In this document: positions 36,801-49,600 of the stretch, piece after piece
Layout: every line of letters begins with the position of its first letter
Numbering within the stretch: the first letter of the stretch is position 1
Notes under the pieces: generated by a model
Seen by the model: the letters and a program-made list of their open reading frames with translations, nothing else
Databases searched by the model: none
Told to the model about the DNA's origin: nothing
Program-made: the position numbers and the translations under genes
NCBI RefSeq assembly: GCF_004010195.1
Contig: NC_057721.1
Span: 52,081,261 to 52,145,260, forward strand
DNA: 64,000 nucleotides
Direction of reading: 5' to 3'
Source of the DNA: Chiloscyllium plagiosum
Taxonomy: Eukaryota

Positions 36801-38669
36801 ACTCTCGCACTATCATCATGCACTCATCAGCAGTGGACTTCCTTGTCAGTGCTAGAATCTTTTCAGCTGCCACCGATAGCACCATATTTAAAGCCCAGTT
36901 GTGCAACGTGTGTACAGGTTGTAGCATCCGCATCTGGGCAAAGCCAACTGCATTGGTAAATCTTACTGCTCCAGGCTGCAGCACTGATCTTGTGATGGGG
37001 AGACATCAGGAAGCGGTGTGATCTGCCCTTAGTTGCATCAAGAACAGTCTTGGCACATCCGTAAGTCGAGGATTGAAAGGGCCTCAATGGATCTTTGGAG
37101 CAGCGATGGTGCCAGTCTAGTGCAGCTGTCACCTTGATGACCACCAGGATACAATGGGCACCACCCCTGGAGGTTGTCTGCCTCCAGAAGGGGAGACATT
37201 TCTGTGACAGTGCCCCAGGGATCCTCAGTACGTGGCAGCAATACACATCACTCATCAGTAGCAAATGGCATAGAGAATGAACGACTCTGGGCCTCCTGTA
37301 CTTCCACTGCATCTTGTGGGATTTGCAACTGTGACATCTTCATGTGGAAACTATTCAGCAGCTGTTGGAGGTTGCTGCTAGCCATGGGCAACCTCTTCAA
37401 TTTCTCTGTCCATTTCTAGCACCACAGCTCCAGTAACGATAACCCCTACTCTGGCTGGATGGGCTGGTGACATTTCCAGTGAACCTATGGGATGAATATC
37501 AAAAACAGAACAGGCTCTTAGTAATGTGGGCAGTCTGCATTCACAACTCTCATAAACGATGGTTAAGAATAATCCATCATACAGTGGAATATGAAAGATT
37601 CTTGTAGGGTGGGTCATGGAACGCTTGTACATAACAGACCTCGTTCCAATGTACACAACTCAAGGCATGCTGCATGGATACAGTAGGGGATTGTAGGTGC
37701 AATATGGTTAATGAAACCTTTCCCCCATCACACAAGAAAGGCACAATTTCATATACAGCATGTTGGCGAATACTTAACAGGTCGAGGTAAGAGGAAATCA
37801 GGTGTGCGCTCTAGTACAGCCGGTGACATATTGTGAATCACGTGACAATTTTAAGTGGGGATTACTGTGATCACTTCTGTTTCATAGAGATGACTATGAT
37901 CAGTTTGTAATGACCAGTGATCTGGTCCAGATTACTTGCAGACAAGATTTGTACTCCACAATGTTGATTTCACATGCAGGGAATTAAGAATATAGACATC
38001 ATACACCATGTAAGTGCCTGATTAATATAATTCGCCTTTGAAGGGCCTCACAAGTAGAGTTTGCGTATTAGACAGAAACAAAATACACTTATTCCATTCA
38101 CTCTGGGTGTGGTCACAGTTATTTTCCATTTTTGTTGTGTATTTGCAGTTTTGATGACAAACGAAGACAACACAGATCATGCTCCGCAAGGTCTCAATCT
38201 CAGCATGATAATCCACAGGCTCCTCTAACCTGCATGTTCCTTTCTTCCTTGCAAGCCTTATTAATCCCATCCACATCAGTTCTGAGCTTTCACACATTCC
38301 CACCCAATATTTATATCTTCATTTACCAACATTAACTGGAGCCTTGGGCCTATAGCTTAGTCAAGCCAATCATCATGCTGTAACAGGTCTGACTATGATC
38401 CACTCTACTTGCTGACTTGGAAATACAGCATGACTGGTGAGCGACTGGAGCCCTGACTGATATAGTTCCCCATCTGACTGCCTGCTAACCCTTGGATTGG
38501 CTGCACTATACCTGCAGGACTGACAGGGGTCCACACAGCAGCTATAGTGATAGAAGACCCATAATCCTGGCTGCCCCAGACAACCAGCTGACCGTGACTA
38601 AGCCCCTGGACTAAGAAAGGATGCTGCCCTCGACTGACCATGACAACATGCCCTGACTAATGACAGAAA

Positions 38670-38880
38670 ATCCAAAACAAAAACAGAAATTCTGGGAAAA
38701 CTCAACAGATCTGGCAGCATCTATGGAGAGAAAGCAGAGTTCACATCATGGGTCGTGACCCTTCTTCAGGGCTGGCAGTTCTGAAGAAGGGTCACTGGAC
38801 CTGAAATGTTAGGTCTGCTTTCTCTCCACAGATGCTGCTAGACCCGCTGAGTTTCTCCAGCAATTTCCATTTCTATTTTT
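38670..38880. mobile_element. Palindromic Penelope-derived element (second family)
   Basis: Inverted arms; CTGAAGA-AGGGTC-ACTG-GACCT-GAAA at 38781-38806. Confidence 0.7.
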
Positions 38881-39584
38881 GAGCAGTTGCTTTAGTTAGG
38901 GCATAGCACCATTGATTACAGCTTTGAATTGAAGGACTATTTGGGATGCTCTCTCATCGTCCTAAAGTTCATCCAAACTTTTGATCAGTGACTTTCTGAA
39001 AACAGTGAGCTTCAAATCCAGCCAGAGCTGTTTCTGCTCCCAAAGAATAATTTACATTTATGCCTCATTAGAGGAAAGTGTACAGTTTGTCATGTTCACA
39101 TTGACTGGGTTGTTGTTCCCTTTCCATGATTTCTTACAAATATTGTTTTGTTCAACTCTGTGGAAAATGTATCAAATGAAATTACATCCATGCTTTATTT
39201 TGAAAGCACGATTTTGAACTTTCAAAATCAGCAGAGCAAAACCTGTAATAACTAGCTTTCTGTACAGTGGTACGAATGTAGTGCATGCTGGCCAAGCCTT
39301 ACCTTTGTGCAGGATATATTCGAAACAGAATGCAAGTTTTAATACTGCGCTTAAAATATGACTTCAAAGTACTTTCAATTTCTGAGAAGTTTGAATAAAG
39401 TCTTCACTGGCCTACTACAAACCCATTTACACGGTAGATCTTAATCTGCACAGGTTTGAAATTGTGACATCTGATTACATGACATTGTTGACATTGGGCA
39501 TATTTGTGGAACACCCATCCCGTGTTAGTTGTTTGATTGTCCACCTTCCATGATCAGATGCAGTAGGACAGCAGATCTGACTCC

Positions 39585-39925
39585 ATAAGACATAGGAGTG
39601 GAAGTAAGGCCATTCGGCCCATCGAGTCCACTCCGCCATTCAATCATGGCTGATGGGCATTTCAACTCCACTTACCGCATTCTCCCCGTAGCCCTTAATT
39701 CCTTGTGACATCAAGAATTTATCAATCTCTGCCTTGAAGACATTTAGCGTCCCGGCCTCCACTGCACTCCACGGCAATGAATTCCACTGGCCCACCACTC
39801 TCTGGCTGGAGAAGTGTCTCCGCATTTCTGTTCTGAATTTACCCCCTCTAATTCTAAGGCTGTGTCCACGGGTCCTAGTCTCCTCGCCTAACGGAAACAA
39901 TTTCCTAGCGTCCACCCTTTCCAAC
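39585..39925 (-). mobile_element. Young CR1 LINE 3' fragment
   Basis: ORF 39640-39924: LFPLGEETRTRGHSLRI...FSSQRVVGQWNSLP. Confidence 0.88.
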
Positions 39926-40047
39926 TTATCTTGTAAGTTTCATGCGTTGTGGGTTCATTTAGCCCCGTCTATTGCATCTGCTTCCACTGTTTGGCGTGCA
40001 AAAGTGTCCTGTCCTGTAGCTTCATCAGGCTGGCAGCTCATTGTTAG

Positions 40048-41394
40048 TTAAAAATCACACAACACCAGCTTTATAGTCCAACAGGATTACTTGGAAGCAC
40101 TAATTGTTGGGGAGCTGCTCCTACATCAGGTGATTGCGGAGAATAAGATTGTAAGACACAGAATTTATAGTAAAAGTTTCCAGTGTGATGTAACTGAAAT
40201 TATATATTTTAAAAGACCCAATTGTTTGTTAAGTCTCTCATCTTTTAGAATGACCATACAACCTTGTCATGGTAGATGCTGCAAGACGTGTCAGATTGTC
40301 GACACGGATACCACCATTATGTGTGGGGACACCTCCCATCATGTATGTGACTCAGCCAACATTGTCCATATCATACGCTACAGGCAAGGATGCCCTGAGG
40401 CACGGTACATTGGCGAGAATAACCAGAAGCTACGACAATGGATGAATGGTCATGCAGAACAATTAACAAACAGGAGTCAGAGTTCCCAGTCAGAGAACAC
40501 TTCAGTGGTCCAGGATATTTGACCTTGGACCTTCAGGTGAACGTGTTCCAAGACGGACTTCGGGACAGGCAACAACGAAAAGTGGCTGAGCAGAGGCTGA
40601 AAGCCAAGTTCAGTATCCATGGTAATGGCCTCAACCAGGACTTTGGGTTCATGTCACACTACAGGTGATCCCATTGCACTATATACACACATACAGACAG
40701 ACATACATACATACACACAGACAGACATACATACACACAGTCAGACCCTCTCTCATGCACTCCCCCACACACTCTCACAGACTTAAACCACTTTACACTC
40801 TCACTCTCACACATACACACACCCTCTCACAGACACTCATAACATCCCCCCCACCAAACACAGACACCCAAATGCACACATACACATGTCAGTTTGTGGG
40901 GTGAATTTGTACTTGCAGAATTATATTTTACTTTGCTCAAAAACTGCATGAATCCATGTATGATTCTGAAAATCTATTTTTTTTAATTAGAATCAATCTG
41001 ACCATTGTGGCACAGACAGCCTCACAGGGAGTTAACACCTTCAATACATTATCTGGGCCAATATGACACCAATTGTTAAAGTGCACTTGAGAATGTAACT
41101 TTTTAAAAAAAGCTTTGCAATTTACATATGAAAGAACTGATACCAACATGGTCATTCTAAAAGATGACAGACTTAACAGTCAGGTCTTTTTCAATATATA
41201 ATTTCAGTTACATCACACAGGAAACTTTTGCTATAAATTCTGTGTCTTACAATCTTATTCGCCACAACTACCTGATGAAGGAGCATCGCTCTGAAAGCTA
41301 GTGCTTCCAAATAAACCTGTTGGACTATAACCTAGTGTTATGTGATTTTTAACTTTGTACACCCCAGTCCAATACCGGCATCTACAAACATGAC
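40048..41394 (+). mobile_element. Penelope-like element 3' part (GIY-YIG endonuclease) with an inverted terminal repeat
   Basis: CDSANIVHIIRYRQGCPEARYIGE..KLRQWMNGH and GLNQDFGFMSHY; about 200-bp inverted repeat (40048-40255 and 41150-41353); hammerhead core at 41272-41300; 11-bp TSD CTCATTGTTAG at 40037-40047 and 41395-41405. Confidence 0.88.
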
Positions 41395-42537
41395 CTCATT
41401 GTTAGATAAGCCTGATGCTACTCCTGATAGCCAGAGTTGATCTCTTAGCTCAGTAGCAATGATAATATAGGAGAAATGCTGGGTCATGAGGTTGCACATT
41501 GCAGTTGAATGTAATTCTGCTTCTAATGACCCAAATTGGATCAGAGCTGCTCATATTTGAGTTGCTTTATTTATTTGAAGTCTGTTCCATTTTGTATGGT
41601 GATAATACATGCAACTTTCTGCTTAAAAATATCTTTAAGCCAGACAATAAAGGTTAATTGTTAAGGGTTAACTGCAATTAGCAATTGAAGGAAAATGGAA
41701 AAGTACATGAAAAACAAAAAAAACATAAGAACTGCAGGTGTTGGAAATCAGAAACAAAAATAAAACCCAGCAGGTCTGCCAGCATCTGTGAAGGGAAAGC
41801 AGAGTTAGGTTTCAGATCAAGTGACCCTTCAGAACAGCCTATTTTGACTGGGAGGTAACCACATGATATGGAATTATGTGTGACAATCATCCTATTGTGC
41901 AGTTGCATGGGGCCACCTGGATTTATTTTAGCTTGCTTTAAAGGTTGGAAAAGTACTACAGTCATTCCAAAATGAAGATCCAGCATGTTCAGTAATCTCA
42001 AATTCAGAATAGTAGTAATACCACGGGCTTAGCCCCATTCATCGGACTTTTTCACCATCAGTCTAGGAATCAGGCGAGAGAAAGTGAGATAGAGTTCCAA
42101 ATGCCGGACATCACCCACCAGGCAGTGAGTCCTGCTTGTTAAACATATCTAAAGTAGGTAAAACTAATAGATGTATGCAAACTAATGAGTGAATCAAAAT
42201 TATATTAAGCTAATAAATCTGTTTTATATTAAAGCACGTCTTGTATGCATTTTGAGCAGATCTTAAAGATGCTATTAGACACTTCCAGCCTAACAATACA
42301 GTACTACACAATTAGATAGAGGATATCCTCAATGTGAAGAAAGGCTTCATCTCCATAACAACTAAGTGAGAAACTCTGACCAAACTGTCTTGGATGGACA
42401 CATCTGGAACAAGCAGATTTTTTCCGTTGTTGGTACCCTCACCACTTCCACAGACCCAGTGTCACAGTTATGTCCTTTATGACGTGGCAAGGTCGGCCAA
42501 TAATACGCTATCAGGCTATTCTTGTCAATGGACACTG

Positions 42538-42695
42538 ACGTCCTTGTAAATCTCTTCTGAACTCTTTCAAATTTAACAAAATCTTTCCTATAGCAAGATG
42601 ACAAAAATTGAATACAGTATTCTAAAAGTGGCCCCACCAATGTCCTATACAGCTGCAAAATGACCACCTATCTCCTGTATTCAATGCACTGACAA
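42538..42695 (-). mobile_element. CR1 LINE fragment
   Basis: ILQLYRTLVGPLLEYCIQF...ERVQKRFTR. Confidence 0.8.
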
Positions 42696-43679
42696 ATGAA
42701 GAGGTTCCCTTGCCCATTTTGACTTGGTATCATTAGATTGTATGGAGTCCAGAATCAACGTTCAGAAGTCCCAGGGCAACATCTTCCTGATTGTACACTA
42801 GTGCGCAATACCCAGGGACGGTGATGTTTCAGACATTGCTTCTATAGTATAATTCTGAGAGTATAATTACATCAGACTGTTGCTTGATGAATCTGTGGGA
42901 TAGCACTCCCAATTCTATCCCATGACCAGATATTGGTTAGGAGGACTTTGCCTTAGCAGCAGGCTGTCGATCGCTGCAGTCATCTCCAGTGCCTAAGTTT
43001 GTTCCAGGTTGTCTGACTGGTTTCATTATTTCTTGATTTTATACAGGGTTGGTCCAATGAATGGCTTACAGGCTGTTTCAGAGGCAGATATAAGCCAGCC
43101 ACATTATTGTGGGTCTGGAGTCACATTTAGGCCAGACCAGCTCAGTATGGCAAATTTCTTCACTAAAGATCATCAGTAAACTAGGTGAGTATTCACTCTA
43201 ATTGATGATGGTCACTATTTAGCTAATTTTTAGTTTGAGATTATTTTAAATTATTTTAAAGCAAACATGCTGATCTGTTATACACGTTTCCCATAGTGGA
43301 GACAAGGAATGTAGCTTTACACTCTATGAGCTTGCTGACATGAACAGCTAACTCAAAGCCATTTTATCCCGTTGCCACCAGCAGTGCTCAAGAATTTATT
43401 CCTTATTCCAAAAGATTGCTAGACAATCCAGAGAGGTGGGTAACTCTACCTACATTTAATGTAGCTTAGTTAATTCAACCAAGAAACTAACATTGTGATA
43501 GTTATATTTAAAAGTATATTTAACTAAACTAGATAAATAATATTTTGCTAAATTCAGCTAATTGAAGGTGAATAAAGTTCTTGCATAAACAATTCAGTAT
43601 TTAGAACTGATTTTAAGTTAACTTTCGTTATAAATCATGAGGATTGAATTTCCTCATAAATAATCATCTCACTCAATTG

Positions 43680-46600
43680 TATAATACTGTACAATATGCT
43701 TTATTGCCTGCTAGGAAATAATGATTAAGAATAACACTGCAGCAGCATACAGCATTATAACAGAGGAAAAAGGAAATGTGTTTCAATCACAAAACTAAAC
43801 AGACAGGCAATAAACAGTACGCAATATAAAATGATCATCTGTCAAATTATGCAACTTTTATATAATTAGTGGCTTTAAACTCTTAATTATCAGTAGTAAA
43901 ATTTCTGAATTCAATTTCTACAGAGCATATTAGTAAGAAATATATAAGGGACTCTGCTCAAAGCAATACAAAGGAGCTATATACACAGGCACCTTCTGTA
44001 ACAAGAACTGATTCTCATGTAATAGGGATATCCGATCATCATCATGAAGTTTGCTTCACGTTTTCAAAATTATACTTCACTGAAATTACTCTTCTAGGAA
44101 CATCAAAATGAGAACCTACAGCAGTCTCCCAGTTACCATGAGTGTGTTTAACCAAATAGCTTACAACCACATTTGTTCTGCAAGATTAAACTGAAGATGA
44201 TGTTCAAGCACATCACATGTCCTTTCCGTTAATGTTCTGAATTGTTGTACACTATTGAACATACAAATAAAGGCTCTATGTTATCTACTTTGTTGCCTGC
44301 AACAAGGAGAAAAAAGGCAAATATTTCAGTAGAGCAATGATGTCACTGAGCATCGAAAGTCATAACATCTGCTCTGTGCATGCCTAATAGTGTACTAATC
44401 CTGCAAGTAATTTTTGAATACCACTGCAATGGGTACCACACTTAGCTAGTCCTTTTCGGACGGAGTAGGGTTATCCAGAAGAAAATCTGCAATAACACGG
44501 GGCTTTTACATCTTAATCCTTTCTGCAACTGATCTCAAGACCTCACACTTGATATTAAGATGGTTTGTCATTGAACAGCCAGCTCTTTGGAAGTGCACTG
44601 ACTTGGACAATGTAACTCAAGAAATCTGTTTAACAAGTTTATACAATATGAACAACGGCAGAGCATTTTTAAAAAAATCATCATTAGGCAGCCTCAGCGT
44701 GTGACTTTTAGGTTGTATAATTGTGTGATGTAATTATGTTGCTAATTTGGTTACTCTTGTAAATCGCGATGTTATAAAGTGTTGGATGCATGAGTTTAAT
44801 TAATGCAATTAGAAGTTTCAGCACCTTCCTGAGATATCAAACTGTGATGAAACATTTGCCACCAAACACTGCCATAATGACAGTGCTGGTATCTATGGTT
44901 ACATTTACACACCTACATTTTATTGACATAAATAATTTGCAGCATATGAATCATCAAAGGCCTCCAAAAAACCGAAGAACTGTTGATTGTGATCTGTCTC
45001 ATTAAAAGAGGGGCATTTGTAGTTTTGCTCTGTGCTGATGCAGTTTTGGCATCACACCCATTGGCTCATAGTGGACAGTTGTCCAACTCCCTGAACCAAA
45101 CACCCAAATAATAAAATGCCAGTGAGTCAGGAGGATCCTTCCAGCTACACCAGTGAAAGTTCACTTGCTGTGAATGTTCAAAGAAAGCATTCCATACTGA
45201 TCTATGCATTTGCAAAGATTGGACAGTTGGCATGACAGTCAAAATCCAAAGTATGGAATGATAATAGCACTGTTGAAAGAATATCACCAATCTAGATTTG
45301 AATTGAAATCAAAAGTTACAATTGTAAAAAGTATAAAAATAACACAATCAATGTAATTTTAAAACATCACAATGATGACTGCCAAACAAGCATTAACTGC
45401 AACAGATCTCAAGACCTCACACTTGATATTAGGATGGTTTGTCATTGAACAGCCAGCTCTTTGGAAGTGCATTGACTGGGACAACGTAACTTAAGAAATC
45501 AGTTAAACAAGTTTGTACAATACGAACAACAGCAGAGAATTTGTTTTTCAAAAAAAAATCACTGAGCACCCTCAGCATGTGACTTAGGTCTGTATAAACA
45601 GCATATATGACCTAATTATGTCACTAATTTGGATTTAAAAGATATAACAATTAATATAATAGAAACTTTCTTCGGGATAATAATGAACTGATTCACTGTG
45701 TGTGGACAGACGACTGTATTGGACATGTAAACCGGCATTTCAACTGCCATGAGACAAATGTAAAACTTAAAATGAAATGTTGCTCCACTTTTTTTTAAAC
45801 AAACTAACCATGTTTTTCTGTGCACAGTTTACTTTTAGTTCAAAATCAGACTGATTATTCAACTTTAAGTATTAACTTCTCACCTTGTTGTGCTACTGAA
45901 ATCTCTAATATGTCAAATTAATTAAGTGCAAACAAATGACAAAATTACCAAAAGCCAAAAGCATATATAACCCTTTGATTGTGTGAAACATTTTCTAATC
46001 TTCCTTTAAATAGTCTCAGTATTAAAATCAATGTCTAGAGGTCATAGACATTTAGAAAGATTAATGTTGATTTTCTGGAATAGTCAACATGGATTTTCCT
46101 GCCTTCTGTAATGTAATTATTTAGGTCTACATTTTATTTGAATGAAATACAATTCACTTAATACTTGTAGATCAGGAAACATCCCTGCACATTTTTTGGT
46201 TTTAAAATTAAAATCAATTATACATCATTGAACTATTTCACCCCACCCTTCCACAAACATTAAATATTTCAGTCTATCAGTCAAACCACCATTTAAAAAT
46301 ATACTACTGGAATCATTTTGTTAATTGTTCTACAACAAACTTGAATTTATGAAACATTTAACTCTATCATACATTTGGTCAAAAATACAGTTCCATCTGT
46401 TAGTTCTCTGCCAACCCTTTGTAGGCTACATTCTATTGTTTCTAATGGTGGGCTATGTTTTATTACTATATATTTTCTCCACCATTATTTAGGTGCTGTA
46501 ATGATCTTGCTACTTTCGCCATGACTTGAATTCATGACTGAAAGGGTATGGCACAAACATTTTAGCTGGTACACATGACTGGGTCATCAGAGTTATTTCT

Positions 46601-49600
46601 AATCTTCCAAACCTCTTTTCCAAAAATTAAACTTTTTAATTATTTGGAATCAAATAATATGTAAGAAATGCAATTATGAATGATCTCTTTGGCCACAAGG
46701 TGTTACTGCAGCAACTATATCCAAGACACCAGCTGAATAAAAAAGTTTAATTTTTGCAAAGGCATATTTGTCACCAACACCAATTGAAAAAAAATGTAAA
46801 TACCTTACTAAACATTTTTAAGGCCAAATGAAAGAGTCTCCTAGAATACACTGCACATTTTGAATTTGTTAAATGTGCTTTACTTTAGATCATAAAAAAC
46901 TTTACTCCAAGTTATATTATCCATTCTGTTAAAATTCTAACTTCATTTAAAATAAACATCTACACTCAAAAATTGTGCATGTTAGATTTGAGTTCAGAAA
47001 TTACATCCACACAGCATATTCTCATAACCACTATGAAAGAGTAGATCAACATCCTAGGTTCAGTTGGCTAAACAAAACAATAATTACATTGCAGCAATAA
47101 TCTGTTGCTACTTCAGTCACTACTCAGAGTACGGTTTAATGACAAACTAACTCTTGGCTCAGCAATTGTTTATTTATATGATAAATGAACTGAGCAACTT
47201 GAAAACCTGGGCTGAAACAAAATTAATTGGGCTAACTGTTAACAATCAGAATTAGTCAAATTTACAGTCTCCATTTGTCAGAAGTGAAGTTGCACCTTTA
47301 AGACTGCTGTATTGTCACCCCCCTTTTCTGTATCCTACATAACAAAATTTAGATATACACTCAATGCCATTCTTAGAACAGTCACATAGCATTATACTCA
47401 CTATAAAAAGTGATAATAAGGGATTGCAGTAAATGATAAGTTATTGCATTTCCAAATAATAAAAGCTCCTTAATTAGAATTCACCAGTACAAGTTAATTG
47501 GATGGTGCTTTGTAAATAACACATTTGCAGCAAGGATCTGATGAATCCTCTTTATAAATGGAGCTCTAACTACATGATTGATTCCCATACAGAATAACAG
47601 CAACTTTTAGGTGCAAATCATCTTTCAGGTGCAACCAAACTTGCATTAAAATTTTTCATTTTAGCTAATTCTCTTGAAGTCATGATCACTGTAAATGAGT
47701 GACCGTTTCAATGATACTTTAAGCTGCATGTTTCTGATGGGAAAAGATGACAGGGGCACGGTAACGCTTGATTGCCAAACATATCCTTCCAGCAGGTAGC
47801 ACTAACTAGCTGCAAGTGAGTTTTGGCTTTGAATGTTTCCAAATGACTCTGAAGAAAGTTACATTAAAAGAAAACTTGTTGCTCACAGCTTTGTTGTCCA
47901 CAACAGTAAAAGGGAGTTAGGCAAAAATCAAAATAGGTACTTTATAACATCTGTGTAACCAACAATTGCAGTTTGAATTTATTGCCCAGTATATTCTTAT
48001 TAAAAAAATCTGTGATTTTGTTAACCATCTTGCTGATAACTTATTGATTAGCAGTGAAAGAATTCTAAAATTAGAGTGCTACGGCAGACATTCCAAGTGC
48101 CTGGGAGGGCATCATCCTGTAGATAGTTATACATTTACTTCCTTTAATCTAATACTTCATTTGGAAATGAACAATTACATATTTATTTTCTTCATTAGAT
48201 GGCAGGAAATTACACTATATCTTGTAATGCTTGGATTAGTGCATTTTATTGGCTTACTCTGAAAATTCAACACAGTTGCTATAACTAATGATGTAACTTG
48301 CAATGCCAGCTGTCAAATGCAGCTCCATGGTCTTAATATCGGCTTAGTCACAGCAACGCCTGGGGGACACAATCTACAACTTGGATACAAATCATTGTTG
48401 TTGCCACATTTACTAGGGATATTACAAAGTTCTTTCTCTGCAGCAACCTACTAATTTTACCTTTAACGACAGGGCATGTATTATACAGTAAAGTACAGGG
48501 TATAAATGCGTGGTTATATTTAGTTAGACAATCCTTATCTATAAATGTTCCATGGATACTTAATTCTGTATTAAACATTAATACTTCAAAAAAGGCCATA
48601 AGAACAGAATTATCCTGTTTGAAATCAACAGTGAACACTTAAACACCAAAGGTTAATCTCCTGTTTGCTAAATTTCCACTGTGAGATTCTCCTTGTTCTT
48701 CAGCTGAACACTGACTCCATGCTTAAGCAAGATTTCTGCCAAATATCTGTTGAAGTAGTTGTGCTGAAATAGGAGAAGCCTCAAGGAAATTTAAGTCTCA
48801 ATTTAAACTGTTCAAGCACAAAACGTAAGTATCTGTTAATGTTTTAAAAAAGGAAAATATACAGTGAGCCATTCCTGAAATCCAATGATATAACTCTCTT
48901 GCCCACTTCAGTGTTGAAAGAATAGTAGGTTCACTCTGTGGTAACTCTTGCTGTTCTCAATGCTTCTGATACAATAAATTATTGCAGAAAAAAAACCAGA
49001 CACAGGAGCATATGTATATTAAATATCGATTCTCCCAATCCATGAATGTTAATGTGCTTCAGTATAAGCAAATGGGCACACTCCCATATTAGGCACCAGT
49101 ATAGCTGATACATATTATAGTAGCGCTTTTAGGAACTCTCACATCAATGTTCATGAGCAAATCTTGGGGACAATTCACATGCTAAAAAGTGATATCAAGT
49201 GCAATAAGCTATACTTCAATGTCATCACACGCTCTTGTCACAATTCAAAGGAAGGAGATCATAGTTTAACTGCACATCCTACCTATTAATCTAATGGAAA
49301 TGTCACTTAATGGTAAAGGAAACAAAAATAAATGCAAAAATACAATAATTGTATTCTACTTGGTCAGGCATAAAAAGTAGACATTTTTTCTCATTATACT
49401 CAATTTTCGTGTAAAAGCATTATTAACATTTAAATACAGTAATGTGTACTTTTTCCATTTTTAAATATTAGCTAGACTTTGGGCAAAAGCTGGTTCTACA
49501 ACAAGGAAAAGACATATTTCTAATGACAAGCAAAGGATGGCAATTGCACAAAAAAGTTAACAAAACGTTCTTTACAGCTAGAATGACAGTGTAATGAATT

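Noticed and set aside
40680-40890. His/Thr-rich ORF 40665-40904
   Set aside because: It is a translation of a CA-rich microsatellite in the Penelope 3' region.
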